Below, in pieces: positions 1 through 12,556 of a stretch of 64,000 bases of DNA (position 1 is the first letter of the stretch; every line of letters begins with the position of its first letter). The DNA is taken from NCBI RefSeq assembly GCF_004010195.1, contig NC_057718.1, forward strand, positions 67,955,872-68,019,871, in the 5' to 3' direction. The notes beneath the pieces are model-generated. The model ran no database searches. It saw nothing but the letters and a program-made list of their open reading frames with translations, and had not been told where the DNA came from. This DNA comes from Chiloscyllium plagiosum (Eukaryota). The position numbers and the translations under genes were made by a program.

Positions 1-40
1 AGTATCTGGTTTCCAGCATCTGCAGTCATTGTTTTTACCT
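1..40 (+). repeat. Terminal segment of a Penelope-like (hammerhead-family) repeat cut by the window edge
   Basis: tccagcatctgcagtc is shared with the terminus at 19143-19158 and, approximately, on the minus strand at about 22125-22140. Confidence 0.55.
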
Positions 41-558
41 AGAGCTTCTGGAGTCTTGTTAGTGCAATACTTCTTGAGGCAAATGGAAAATATTGCATTG
101 CATTCCTGATTTGTGTCTTGTAAGTGACATACAGGCTTTGGGGAGTCAGGTATGAGGAACTTGTTTCAGAACTTCCAGTCTCTGATCTAGCAGTCATAGT
201 ATATGTATGGCTGTTCTAGTTTAGTTTCTGGTCAAGCATATGCCCCTGGATGTTGACGGAAGGGGTCTTAATGAAATACTTGCATTTTGGTTTAAATTTC
301 CACTTCCAGTGTAAATTATCTCAACCATGTGCTCTTGTTTGCAGATGAGTACTTTCCATTGAAGCTATGAAAAAGTTGGCTTTAAGTTAAAGATATGGAA
401 TGTTTTGTATCATACAGTACAAAAGAGGCCCTTTGGTCCATCTAGTCCGTACTGCTAAAAATATGCTAACTTGACACCACTCTCACTTTCCAACGTAAGG
501 CTCATAGCCTATTCTCCTCTAGGAAATTTTAATTTCTTTCTGCTTCCATGCCTTTATT

Positions 559-1366
559 TAGAACATAGAACAGTACAGCACAGAACAGGCCCTTCAGCCC
601 ACAATGTTGTGCCGACCATTGATCCTTATGTATGCACCCTCAAATTTCTGTGACCATATGCATGTCCAGCAGTTTCTTAAATGTCCCCAATGACCTTGCT
701 TCCACAACTGCTGCAGGCAGCGCATTCCATGCTCTCTCAACTCTCTGTGTAAAGAACCCGCCTCTGACATCCCCTCTATACTTTCCTCCAACCAGCTTAA
801 AACTATGAACCCTCGTGTTATCCATTTCTGCCCTGGGAAATAGTCTCTGGCTATTGACTCTATCTATGCCTCTCATTATCTTGCATATCTCAATTAGGTC
901 CCCCCCTCCTCCTTTTCTCCAGTGAAAAAAGTCGGAGCTCAGTCAACCTCTCTTCATAAGATATGCCCTCCTGTCCAGGCAGCATCCTGGTAAACCTCCT
1001 CTGAACCCTCTCCAAAGCATCCACATCTTTGCTATCAGAGGGTGACCAGAACTGGACGCAGTATTCTAAGTGAGGTCTAACCAAAGTTTTATAGAGCTGC
1101 AACAAGATCTCACGGCTCTTAAACTCAATCCCCCTGTTAATGAAAGCCAAAACACCATATGCTTTCTTAACAACCCTGTCCACTTGGGTGGCCATCTTAA
1201 GGGATCTATGTACCTGCACACCAAGATCCCTCTGTTCCTCCACACTGCCAAGAATCCTATCCTTAATCCTGTACTCAGCTTTCAAATTCGACCTTCCAAA
1301 ATGCATCACCTCGCATTTATCCACGTTGAACTCCATCTGCCACCTCTCAGCCCATCTCTGCACCCT
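559..1366 (-). mobile_element. CR1/HER1-type LINE 3' fragment (RT C-terminus and tail)
   Basis: Minus ORF WAERWQMEFNVDKC...LYKTLVRPHLEYCVQFWSP; FFTQRV...WNALP; ctatgtt-type tail at 559-570. Confidence 0.9.
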
Positions 1367-1593
1367 NNNNNNNNNNNNNNNNNNNNNNNNNNNNNNNNNN
1401 NNNNNNNNNNNNNNNNNNNNNNNNNNNNNNNNNNNNNNNNNNNNNNNNNNNNNNNNNNNNNNNNNNNNNNNNNNNNNNNNNNNNNNNNNNNNNNNNNNNN
1501 NNNNNNNNNNNNNNNNNNNNNNNNNNNNNNNNNNNNNNNNNNNNNNNNNNNNNNNNNNNNNNNNNNNNNNNNNNNNNNNNNNNNNNNNNNNNN
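1367..1593. other. Assembly gap (227 N)
   Basis: Run of n between a CR1 fragment and a SINE. Confidence 0.99.
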
Positions 1594-1742
1594 GAGGAAA
1601 CCGGAGCACCCGGAGGAAACCCACGCAGACACGGGGAGAACGTGCAAACTCCACACAGTCAGTCGCCTGAGGCGGGAATTGAACCCGGGTCTCAGGCGCT
1701 GTGAGGCAGCAGTGCTAACCACTATGCCACCGTGCCGCCCAC
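1594..1742 (-). mobile_element. HE1/V-SINE-type SINE, 5' part (remainder in the gap)
   Basis: Near-identical to 12733-12881; tRNA-like A and B boxes on the minus strand. Confidence 0.9.
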
Positions 1743-1949
1743 ATATGATCAAACCTTCCAGAGCAGCCTACCGTGTGGAATCTTAACAAAGGCCTCACCG
1801 AACTCCCCCCTACAAAGTTTGTTTCTTTTGTAAAGACAGAAGCAAAAAACTTATTTAGGGCTTCCCCTACCTCCTCAGTTTCAGCACATCAGCTTCCTCT
1901 ATCTCTATCCATTCCAGCATGCACACCTGCTCTTCGTTTACTACAAAGT

Positions 1950-2250
1950 TTATTTCTTTTGTAAAGACAGAAGCAACCTCCTCAGACTCCACACACAAGG
2001 TCCCTATGCTATCCCTGATCGGCCGTACTCTTTCTTTGACCATTCTCTTATTCCTCACATTAGTGTAAAATGCCTATGTGTTCTCCCTAATCTGTTCTGC
2101 CAAGCCTTTCTCGTGCCCCCTCCTGGCTCTCCTCAGACCATTCTTGAGCTCCTTCCTCGCCTGCCTGTAATCCTCTAGAGCTGAGCTTGAGCCTAGTTAC
2201 CTCCACCTTATGTAAGCTACCTTCTTCCTTTGGACGAGACGCTCCACCGC
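1950..2250 (-). mobile_element. CR1-type LINE internal fragment
   Basis: Minus ORF MRNKRMVKERVRPIRDSIGTLCVESEEV, typical of the CR1 ORF2 linker. Confidence 0.75.
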
Positions 2251-2645
2251 ATTTGTGACATCTTTATCACTGTTCGCATTCTTTTGAAGCAGAAAAGGTT
2301 ATGGAATTACATTATGAAAATCAATATTCTGTGTGATCCCACAATAAGTATTTCACTGACAGTAAACACTATGAAGGTTCTTAATGGGAAATTTACAACT
2401 AATTTTCTCTGCACTGAACCATGAATAGGAGTTAACTTTTTAACCAGCCCTTGAGAAAATGTATAAGACTGAAAGTCGGTGCATGCTATATTTTTGAGTG
2501 CTTGCATCACATTTCATCAGCTGCCTACCGTGGAGGTGGGCATAGGTAACATGCTGCCACCTTATTTACATGATCAGTATCTCCTGCACTGCTGGCTGTC
2601 TCTAAGCTCAGCATGGAGATTAGCTATGTTGTAGCTTAGCTCCTA

Positions 2646-2975
2646 CAGTCATAGAGATGTACAGCACAGAAACAGATCTTTTGGTCCAACTCGTCCATGC
2701 TGACTAGATATCCTAACCTAATCTAGTCCCATTTGCCAGCACTTGGCCCATATCCTGTAAACCTTTCCTACTATAATTTTAAATGTTGTAATTGTACACT
2801 TCCTCTGGCAGCTCACTCCATACATGCTCCACCCTCTGCATGAAAAAGCTGCCCCTTTGGTCCCTTTTTGTATTTTTCCCCCTCTCGCCCTAAACCTATG
2901 CCCTCGAGTTCTGGACTCCCCCACCCTTGGGAAAAGACCTTGTCTATTTAGCCTATTCTTGCCCCTCATGATGCA
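2646..2975 (-). mobile_element. CR1-type LINE 3' fragment
   Basis: LFPRVGESRTRGHRF motif and 3' UTR/tail shared with 20352-20700. Confidence 0.85.
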
Positions 2976-3192
2976 GCCAGTTGTACCATTTAGGGATGCT
3001 GCATTGAATTACAACAGGCTGTTGTTGAATACTGCCAACACCATATCCTTTGATTCCTTAAAGTACGAAAAATATCCATCAAACTTTCTCCACACCTGCA
3101 ACTGTACAACAGGTTGCACAACCTGCATCCAAAGATTTTATGCAAAAACAGAAATCACTGGTAAAACACAGATCTGGCAGCATCTGTTGAGA

Positions 3193-3318
3193 TGCTCTCT
3201 CCACGCTTCAGGCTCTCTGCCTGTATTCCTGATGAAGGGCTTTTGCCCGAAACGTCGATTTTACTGCTCCTCGGATGCTGCCTGAACTGCTGTGCTCTTC
3301 CAGCACCACTAATCCAGA
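3193..3318 (+). mobile_element. Penelope-like short element with hammerhead core, 11-bp TSD, nested in an older fold-back element (3143-3430)
   Basis: Direct repeat atctgttgaga at 3182-3192 and 3319-3329; sequence shared with the copies at 5757-5885, 8473-8593, 19008-19172 and 22113-22285. Confidence 0.75.
3229..3256 (+). ncRNA. Minimal type I hammerhead ribozyme core (family 1)
   Basis: CTGATGA-A-GGGC-TTTT-GCCC-GAAAC-GTC; all core nucleotides present; palindromic stem III (ACGT); stem I weak. Confidence 0.7.
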
Positions 3319-3708
3319 ATCTGTTGAGAGAAAGCAGAGTTAACTTTTCAGGTCAGTGGATCTGCTGAGTTTCTCCAGCAATTTCTGTTTGTACTTCAGA
3401 TTTCACGCATCTGCAGTTTTGGTTTTGTTTCTCTTCAGAATAAAGAAATGTCTCATCTCAGTCCCATGTTATAGCTATCATAGCAAGGGAAAATAATTTT
3501 TCAGTACCTAATGTCAGACCCTTTAAACTTTTTTTTGTTTCAATCATCTCACACTTCACTCATCTAAACTAGAGCAAATATAGACTTGATTTACTTAGCC
3601 ATCTCATTTCTGGCAACCAATCAAATTAATCTTCAGCGTACCATCTCCAATACAAATATATCTTTTCTGTGTGGACACCAAACCTGCACAGAGTATATCA
3701 CCGTATTC

Positions 3709-3736
3709 CTGATGAATGGTTACCACCTGAAACATT
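3709..3736 (+). ncRNA. Degenerate hammerhead core
   Basis: gtattcCTGATGA-ATGGT-TACC-ACCT-GAAAC-ATT; same upstream context as 3223-3256, with CpG-type decay. Confidence 0.45.
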
Positions 3737-5610
3737 GGGGCAGATTTCCAGCTAGCCAGTCATAGCTGGGGGTATGCCTCAGAATCCTGAGAAATCACCA
3801 TCATAGCAGACTCTGAAAGGAAATTTCTGCTGGAAAATTCCTGTAGGCCTGGAATCATCTACATTTCTCCATTAAAATCATAGTTTTCAGATAGTCCCAA
3901 TGTAATACATTAGAATCTTTATTAAATGTATATATATATATAAAATATATATTCTGAGTAAGTATTAAATAGATCTCATGCTCATCTCACCCAACAAGCC
4001 TTTATGCTCACCAGACTCTGACCTGACATGCCATGGACTTGATATGGCATGCCCAAGAACTTGCAGCCACACTCTGGAACCCGGCACTTCGACAGCACCA
4101 CCAGAATCTCCCCAAATTTCACGCACAAGTGATCTCCCCTGCCCCTCTCCCAACCTCTTGTTGCCAGACCCAGAATCCCAAGACCTGATGCACACTGCAC
4201 ACAAGATCTCTGGTCAACCTACCCTAAATGCTACCTGGTACTCAAACCAGCTGGTAACCTATGTAGAAAGCATTGTCCACCTATTCCAGGAAGCACACTG
4301 CCCCCAACCAAGTTGGTACCCTGCTGACTTGGCACCCCACACCCACCCACCTGTCTGATGTTCTACTATCTGGCACACTTCGTCCTAGTTACCTGCCACC
4401 CTACCATGTCAGTATCCTAACATCACTCCTCATATACTTAGCCGTTTTAATCGCTGCTATCAAACTATGTTACAGCCTTTAAATTTCAGAATACAGCACT
4501 TGACTACTGTAAAGAGGGCACTGTTTGTCTTGCTCTGATAATTTTATGATTTGAAAGAACTGTCAGAATGAAAGGATGGCTCTGCATTTCTGAGAGATCC
4601 GAAAGTAATCTGCTCTTAGAAATGTGGAGCTCCCTTCTGTTTGCTTTCAGATTTGCTGAATATTTTCAGCATTTTCTACTTTTATCACGGTATCCAGGTA
4701 TTAGGCTCACCAAAGACCTGTACAGTTGTAGCAAGATTTTACTCTTGAATATCAGTCCTCTTGCATTTGACTTTGAATTGCTTGCTAACTTTCTGTTCTT
4801 GAGGTTACACTCAAATATCTCCTCACACCAAAATTTACAAGTTGCATGCCTTTTAAACTCTGTTGCTTTTCTATTTTGATCAACATTATACTGCACCTAC
4901 CACTTTATAGCCTATTAATATAACTTGTCTATATCTCTTTGCAACGTCTGACCACCTCTGAGCTTGCATTCCAATCCAACTACTTGTCATTTCAACAAAC
5001 TTTCTCTTTGTCTGAGCCCTTGATGTGAATTGTGAGGTCCCAGCACTAAATCTTGTACAACTCTTACTGGTAATATAGCAATTTGAAATGTCTATTTGTT
5101 CTAGATTACATTACATTACATTAGATTCTGTTTTGTTTCCTTTCTGCTAAGCAATATCTCTCAGTCCTAATATATTAACACCAATTCTGTGAGCCCTAAT
5201 CTTATGTCACTTCTTGTTTGGAACCTAATCACAATGTATTTTAGAAATTGAAATATGCAGATCGGGCAGCTTCATCCTTGTATCCAAAAACCAAAAAGAC
5301 CTTAAAAAAACAAAATCTGGAAAGAGACATATGGAGACAGAGTTTGGGTACTTTTTGGAAGGGAGAAAGCTTTGCTTGGCCTGAATGGGTTTAAAAGTGC
5401 ATTTTTTTTTCCAAAGGCTCAAACTTGACAAGTCTACATGTCTGTTCAAGACCATTCAGGCCCTTTGGGAGAAACTTCACTTTTCAGTCCATTCAGGCCA
5501 AGTGAAGTTTTTTTTCCAGAGGGCTTGAACAGACCTGAATGCACCTGTAAGTATATCCAAAAACTGAAAATATCACTACTTCTTGGATAAATGATTTCCG
5601 AACAGTACTG

Positions 5611-5735
5611 ATGGGCTGTTGTGATGCATTGGTAGTGTCCCCACCTCTGAGCCAGAAGGCCTATGTTCAAGTCCCACCTGCCCCAGTGGTGTGTAATAAC
5701 CCCTCTGGACAGGTTGATTAGAAAATATCTATCTT
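5611..5735 (+). mobile_element. Short tRNA-derived SINE
   Basis: A-box-like gtgatgcattggt and B-box-like gttcaagtccc followed by a short tail. Confidence 0.55.
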
Positions 5736-5756
5736 ACCTAATCGTCACCCTCTGGG

Positions 5757-5885
5757 GTCTAGATTAGAGTGGTGCTGGAAAAGCACAGCAGGTCAGGCAA
5801 CATCTGAGGAGCAGGAAAATCAACGTTTCGAGCAAAAGCCCTTCATCAGGAATAGAGGCAGGGTGCCTGCAGAGTGGAGAGATAA
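5757..5885 (-). mobile_element. Penelope-like short element with hammerhead core at 5822-5849
   Basis: Reverse complement reads CTGATGA-A-GGGC-TTTT-GCTC-GAAAC-GTT; body shared with 3193-3318. Confidence 0.75.
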
Positions 5886-6935
5886 TAGATTCTAATGCTG
5901 TCCCAGTGACAAATGTGAGGTAACTGACCTGCAGTTCCACTCCGTTCTTGAATAGTAATGTAACATTAACTTTCAATGCTGAGACTGACCAGTGTTTTCT
6001 GTCCCCTTCTATTCCTATTCTACTTGCTGCTCTTCTCACCCAAGATGCTTTCTCCCTTTTGTCTTTATGATCTTCTGTTATGAAGCTATCCCTCTCCTTT
6101 ACCATTCTGTCTATACTTTTGAAATGTTATGCACCCCAGGAATATTTGTTTTCTATCCATGACAAACTTGAAGCCGTATCTTTATAATGATTAGATCAAA
6201 AGTACATCTGTGTTTGTACCGTTAGTGGATCTGTCTGATTGTGGATCCTTCATGCATTGGGATAAATTAGTCTTTAATTTTGTATATTTTTGCATGTGCC
6301 ACCTTTGTTGTGCTAATATCCTTCACTTTATTCCGTTCCTGTTACACACTGCTCATCTTCCTGCATCACTATACTATTCTATTGTTTTAACATTTCCCTA
6401 ACACTCAGACCTTTCATTCTCTTGCTTGTCTGTCCAAATTATATAATTTTCTGAGGGACTGGTCCTAGCCAGTCTGAGTAGAGATCTCCAGACAGATCCA
6501 AACAGCTTCCCTTTCCTGGCTAAAGGTGGTTACTCATGTTTCAGCTTATCCTTTATGACCTATGGACTCCCCTCTATTTGAGGATAGAGGTGTTTTTTAA
6601 ACATCTCCTCCACCTACATTGTTGCTTAATTGTCCACCATCATTCTGAACTGGATGTGGCAGGCTCTGAATTGATCTGTTGGTCATGGGATCACTTTATT
6701 CTATTAGCTTACTCTTTAGTGTACATGTATTTTGAAACTTCAGGTTAGCAGCTCAGTTTTGGTCTCTGCTGCAGCTCCTGTCATGCTGTTCTAAATCCCT
6801 CATTGATTAGGGTTAATTCCTTGGCTTGAAGGTATGGCAGAGTAAGCAATCTACCAGACTGAGATTACAGATTGTGAGTTAACAAAATTCTGCTGCTTCA
6901 TGGGGCTTCTAGCTTTGTTATAAAATTCTCGCATA

Positions 6936-7114
6936 TAGAATCATAGAATTCCTACAATGTAGAAAGTCCATTCAGCCCATTGAGTCTGCACTGACCATCC
7001 AAAGAGCATTCCACACAGACCCAGCCTATCCCCGTAATTCTGTATTTACCACACGGGCGGAAGGGTGGAATCAAACCTTGGTCCCTGGTGCTGTGCTAAC
7101 CACTGTGCCACCAT
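6936..7114 (-). mobile_element. Internally deleted HE1-type SINE
   Basis: Tail catagaatcatagaat at one end and head gctaaccactgtgccaccatg at the other. Confidence 0.7.
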
Positions 7115-7149
7115 GTGCCTGCTGTATTTAGCAAAGAGGTAAGTACCAC

Positions 7150-7436
7150 GCATAACGGCGGAGGACATTCTCAGAATGAAGATGAAACATTGTTTCCACA
7201 AGGGTTGTTTGGTGCTCAGTGCTACCAATATCCTCATGGATACATGCATGAGCTTTGCTGTACAATAGTACTTACACGTATGCAGATAAAGAAACTGATT
7301 AAGCAAAGAGCGAGTGAGGGAATTAAGAAGAGTTTACTTACAATACTGACTTTAATTCAAAATTGCTTAATCGGATGTGAAGCACTTCGAGACATCCTGA
7401 GATCATGAAAGATTCTACATTTATGCAAGTTTCTTT
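7150..7436 (+). mobile_element. Old SINE fragment with L2-type tail (DeuSINE/SacSINE-like)
   Basis: 3' end gtgaagcacttcgagacatcctgagatcatgaaagattctacatttatgcaag; related inverted copy at 19240-19740. Confidence 0.5.
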
Positions 7437-8472
7437 AATACTTATAATCTTATCCACAATATTCTGATTTATAATAGTTTTTGCATGAGAATATTTTAAT
7501 TTTTTAAATGATTCTTTCATTTGGAAAACCCCTTTTCCAACTGTTAAGCTTAAAGCTCCATGATATGTATTCCAGAAATGTGAAAGGTTAAGCTTTGAAG
7601 TTGCTTTGTCAACAGAAACAAAATATGATTATAATAGTGCATGGATTACAAATAGTTTTAAAAATAACCTTCAAGACTAGGGTGGTTATACAAAAGACAT
7701 TTTCTTCACTGAAAAACTCATTATAATGTTGACCTTACCCACCCATTTCCTAAACAATGTGCATGTTCCAAAAATCTATCACTGTTTTCCTCATCAAATG
7801 TCAAGACATAAAATGGGTTGTTCTTAACTTGGTTATAATCTAATACTTTTTTAAGATGCGAGCTGCAGATTATTCTCTGTTGGGTTTGAAATCTGCTATA
7901 CCATAATGTTCAATACTGTAGATTTTTTTTCATAATATAGTGCATAATCTTCCCTCCAGAATCCAGCTAGTTAATGTTTGGAAATTGAGACATGAACATA
8001 ATACATAAGGAATTACGTGGTTTCCATAGCAGCCAGTAAGGTAAACAATCAAACTTCTTGCAGTCTCAGCGACTGCTCTGCTGCTAGCTTTTATGTATAG
8101 ATAAGATTAAACTGAGGATCAGTTCCCAAAAATTGCTGAAGGTGTAATGTTTAAGGTTTTTGAACTAGATGAATAGGAAATATTCTCGTGGTCCACCTTT
8201 TTTAAATGAGCACAGCAGTGGGTTGATCAGAGAAGCTTCAAAGGTTGAGACTCTCATCTCATTTCCTATTATTTGATAGCTGGTGGTGTCCTGTCAGAAC
8301 TGACAGAGTGGAGGGTTGAATGGATATGTTGCTTGTTCCCTTTTAGTACATTAGCAACTGAACAGAGGATGATTTAGAAAATAATATGGCACACCTCAAG
8401 CTGCCAAATCCAACTGAGTTGAGATACAGGATGAGCAGTGCACCTCTTTAAAATCATGACTGATAAAATAGT

Positions 8473-8593
8473 GTCTAGATTAGAGTGGTGCTGGAAAAGC
8501 ACGGCAGGTCAGGCAGCATCCAAGGAGCAGGAAAATCGACATTTCGGGCAAAAGACTTTCATCAGGGATAGAGGGAGGGTGCCTGCAGACTGG
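8473..8593 (-). mobile_element. Penelope-like short element, degenerate hammerhead core 8538-8565, 11-bp TSD
   Basis: TSD gataaaatagt at 8462-8472 and 8594-8604; reverse complement CTGATGA-AAGTC-TTTT-GCCC-GAAAT-GTC. Confidence 0.75.
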
Positions 8594-9237
8594 GATAAAA
8601 TAGTAGTCATGTTACTGGACTAATAATCCAGAATCGTGTTCCTCATTCATTTTCATTCAATTATTTAAATATATTTTGGATTAAAAGACTGCCACCAGTT
8701 GTGATAATCATCTTCCAGGAAGGAAGGGCAATCTGCTGCCCACACCAAAATTCTCAGAACTGCCCTCTGAAATAACAAGGTGAATCAATACCATTGTCTC
8801 AAGGGGGTTTAAGGATGGCCAATAAATCCTAATCTTGCCAATGTTTCTCTCAACCAGTGAATGACTTTGAAAAAATCTTCTGGCAAATTCCTTACTTTAT
8901 TAATAGAACATGCATGGGCCTGGTGTGTCTCAGTCACTTTCTGTGACAATCTCTCTTGCCTGCCTAATGGCTGTCAAAACTATTGCTTGTGGTACTTCAT
9001 AAAAGTTGTTTTTATCCTTTTTAGATACCTGGTCTCACATTTATATTATCCACGCCTGCACTGATAGTAAAATTCAGTGTGTTGCTCCTACTCTTTTTTT
9101 TTTAAACCTTAAACACCAGGAGCTTTTCTATTTCCCTCCTGCCTTTTTTTTTTAATTTAACATTGCTCAGGCTGTTAAAATTGAAGCTATTTTCTTTCTT
9201 GGTCTATTTGCTATTATAGCTCTTGGACATTTTCTTG

Positions 9238-9441
9238 TGTCGCCATAGTCTTAGCAGACCCAGAGGGGTTACTCTCTCATTAGGTGATTTAACCTGAGGG
9301 CCACCAGATCTCAGGTGAGGGAAGAGGTTGAGGAAGGAGAATCCTTCATGGTAACCTCAAACCGGTGATGGGAATTGAATCCATGCTGTTGGCATCACAC
9401 TGCTCTGTAAACCAACAATCCAGCCAACTGAGCTAAACTGA
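9238..9441 (-). mobile_element. tRNA-derived SINE (family distinct from HE1)
   Basis: Minus strand begins gtttagctcagttggctgga (A box) with ggattcaattccc (B box). Confidence 0.65.
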
Positions 9442-9599
9442 TTCTTGGATATTTACTAGTGATGAATTTCTCCCCTGTTGTTTTCTATAATAGGTTTTCT
9501 CTACATAAGGTAAAGAATTAGAACTTAAGTCATGTTTTGATTTTATGTTTTGGATATATTCTGATTAAGCTTTGGTTAATTGTCCAGTCTGGTTTCCCA

Positions 9600-12550
9600 C
9601 ATTCACCATCAGCAATCATTAGCTAATGAGTATGATTGTCCACTAAGAAAGTGTCACATATCACTGTTTATGGGTTCTGTGAATCCTTGTGTGTCTGATG
9701 AACCTGATTGTAGAGCCACTTCTGCGACCACACATTTATCAGATGTTTCTGGAGGGTTCATGGCATTCCTTTCTCCAGTTTTTTTTCTTGGCAGTGGGTT
9801 TTGCCAAAAACTGATGCCCCTTCATAGGGGAGTTTCCCCCAAATCAGTTTCTTCTAAATGAGGATCTCACGTATGTTGACATCTATGTTGTATTTCTTAA
9901 GGGAAGTCTTCAGTGAGTCTTTGCAGCACTCTTGTTCTCCTCTCATTCAAATGTTTGCTTCAGGTGGGCAAAGAAGATTTGCTTTGACATCCTAACTTGG
10001 TCATCCTGAGCACGTGGCCCACTCAATGGAATTGGTTTCAGTTGATCATGGCCTCAGTGTTGGTCCTATTGGCTATTTCAAGGACACTGATGTTCGTGTA
10101 CCTGACCTCTGGCTGATGGGGAGTTTTGATCGCAAATAAAAATGTTCGATGTTTGGGAGGATTTCTCAATTATCTTAATGGAGAGATGAACTGGGACTTG
10201 AGTCTTTAGGTTGAGACTGAGACCGGTTCTTCAGTTTGCTTTTGCAAAGGCATTAATCGAAGTTTGAAGACTCTTTTCCAAGAGAGTAGAGATGATGTTG
10301 TTAAGCACGTACTGAAGTTTCTTGAGAAAGGTTGGTGTCTTTCTTTTTGGATTTCAACCAGTTTATATGAAAAGTTTTCTGTCCATCCTGTAGACAGTGT
10401 CCATACCACTGTAAGCCTTGTTCTTGCTGATGAAAAATGGTGACAGTGACACATGCCTGCTTCATCCTGTCTTGATCTCAAAGGTTCCATCATTTTACAG
10501 TGAGTGCAGGCTGTCTTCGACATTTTGTCATGGAAGAGACAGAGCATTTTGATGATTTTTCTCTGAACAGCTGACCTTTGACCGGATCTTCCATAGATAG
10601 CACTTCCCAGTTGACCTGGTAAAATTGACAAAGGCCATGTAGAGCAGTTGTTTTGTTTCTAGCATTGCTCTTGGAGTTGCTGAGCAGTGAAAATCATATC
10701 CATAGTTCCATGGCTTGGTTGGAAGCTGCACTGGCTTTCGGGAAAGATTTCCTCAGAGACTAAGAGAAGGCGCCTAGCGAGGACTCGGGTGATGATCTTC
10801 GCAGCGATGGAGAATAAGGATTTTCCTTGATAGTTCCCACAATCCATTTTATCTCCTTTGTTGAAGAGAGTGGTGATGACAGCATCCCAGAGATATGCAG
10901 GGATTTCTTCTTTGTTTTGGATTTTCAAGCACAGTTAAAGGAGATGACGGTAAACTCTACTCTTCCAAGTTTGAAATTCCCCACTGGAATCCCATTTATA
11001 ACTGTCCCTTTTCCCGTCTTCATTTGTCTAAGAACAACTTCAACTTCTACCACATTAGGTGGGAGTCCAAAATCATCTTTAATGAGGAGTTGGGGGATTT
11101 CCTCAAACATGTAGACCAGATGTTTGCAAACTTGGATCAATATTCAACATGAGTGAAAAGCATGAAAGAAAGCTATCTACAAAATAAAAGACAAAAGACA
11201 TAGATAAAACACCATAAACAAAAAAACTGGGGTGGAGGGGGAAAAGCGAAAATATGAATTAAGGACCATAAGGCATAGGAGCATTCAGCCTATTGAGTCC
11301 ACTGTACCATTCAATAAGTTTGTGGCTGATTGGATAACATTCAACTCCATTCTCCTACCAATTCCCATAATCCTAATTCCCTTAGTAATAGAAATCTGTC
11401 TACTGAGCTTTGAATATACTTAACAACCATGTCCTGATGGCTCTCTGCTATAAAGAATTCGATGACATCACCAAACCTTGAGAGAAGAAATTCTTCCTCA
11501 TTTCCATCTTAAAGGAGCAACTCCTTTCTCTGAGTTATAACCGTCTCCCACAAGGAGAATCTTACATGTTCACGCAGAGGGTGGTACGGGTATGGAATGA
11601 GCTGCTGGAGGAAGTTGTGGAGGCTAGTACAATTGCAACATTTAAAAGACATCTGGATGGGTATATGAATGGAAAGGGTTTGGAGGGATATGGGCCGGGT
11701 GCTGGCAGGTGGAATTAGATTGGGTTGGGATAGCTGGTCAGCATGGACGAGTTGGACCGAAGGGTCTGTTTCCGTACTATACATTTGTATGACTCGATGA
11801 CTCCATGTCCTTGTCGATGGTTTAGAAATTCTTTGAAGTGTTGTTGCCATTGGAGGCTAATGTTTTCTCTCAAAATTGTTACCTCTTTACTCTGCACATG
11901 TTTGAAGACAAGGGTGTTGAGGCTGTACATTGCATTGAAGAAACAGTGATGTTGTGCTTGTCAGCAAGGAGTTGCAGCTCCTTAGCTTTCTCAGTCCACC
12001 TTGGTTCATGATTTCCCTAGAATTTGTTTGTAACTCCACCTGTGCTATTTGGTCAGTTCCCTGTGCCATGCTGTTCATGTTGTTTTGCCAGGTGTGGAGA
12101 GGTTTCCTCTTGTCAGTGAGGTCTTGGATGATGCATGCATTCTCAGTGAGCCAGCCTTACTGTTTCCTGGTCTTGTAGCCAATCGTTTCTTTACAGCATG
12201 AGATGATGGCTGTCCTCAGCTCTCTTCAGAGTTCCTCCAACCCATTAAAATGAACTCTTAAGATTTTGGTGAAGACATTCTTGGAAGTTTGCAAGTATGC
12301 TTAGTTCTTGAAGCCTTTTTTCTGAACAGTTTCTTCATCTTCAGTTGCATCTGGTAGCATTTGATAAACTTTGAGGAGCAGATGGCCTTATCGTCTGTTG
12401 AGCAGTCATCTCCACTGATTATTGCATTGGTAATGAGGACGTTGTTTTGGTCTCTGGATCAAATGAAATTGATTGTGGATGTCTCCACAACTTGAACTTA
12501 TCTTTTTGGTATAAAGGTGTGTTGGTGATCATCAGCTGGTGTTTTGTGCA
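9600..12550 (-). mobile_element. Decayed RTE-clade LINE (EN-RT), interrupted by CR1 fragments at about 11260-11805
   Basis: Minus ORF KGDKMDCGNYQGKSLFSIAAKI...PESQCSFQPSHGTMDMIFTAQQLQEQC is a characteristic RTE RT N-terminus; many stops and frameshifts. Confidence 0.8.
11560..11805 (+). mobile_element. CR1-type 3' fragment nested in the RTE element
   Basis: ttcacgcagagggtggtacgggtatggaatgagctg...tgtatgactcgatgactc tail. Confidence 0.85.
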
Positions 12551-12556
12551 TTTTTT

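Noticed and set aside
890..1786. Long ORFs of 148-254 aa spanning the N run
   Set aside because: Artefacts of translating through the gap, joining CR1 and SINE sequence.
3978..4358. 126-aa Pro-rich ORF as an extra ARID1B exon
   Set aside because: No recognisable ARID1 similarity or convincing splice sites; lies in C-rich, repeat-like sequence.
3737..4617. Possible non-autonomous DNA transposon with ggggcagatt/aatctgctct ends
   Set aside because: Only 8 of 10 terminal bases match and there is no clear TSD; insufficient support.
5101..5127. (ttaca/ttaga)n short tandem repeat as a functional array
   Set aside because: Same motif as the HE1-type SINE tails; a tail remnant. No CRISPR-like repeat-spacer array occurs in the window.
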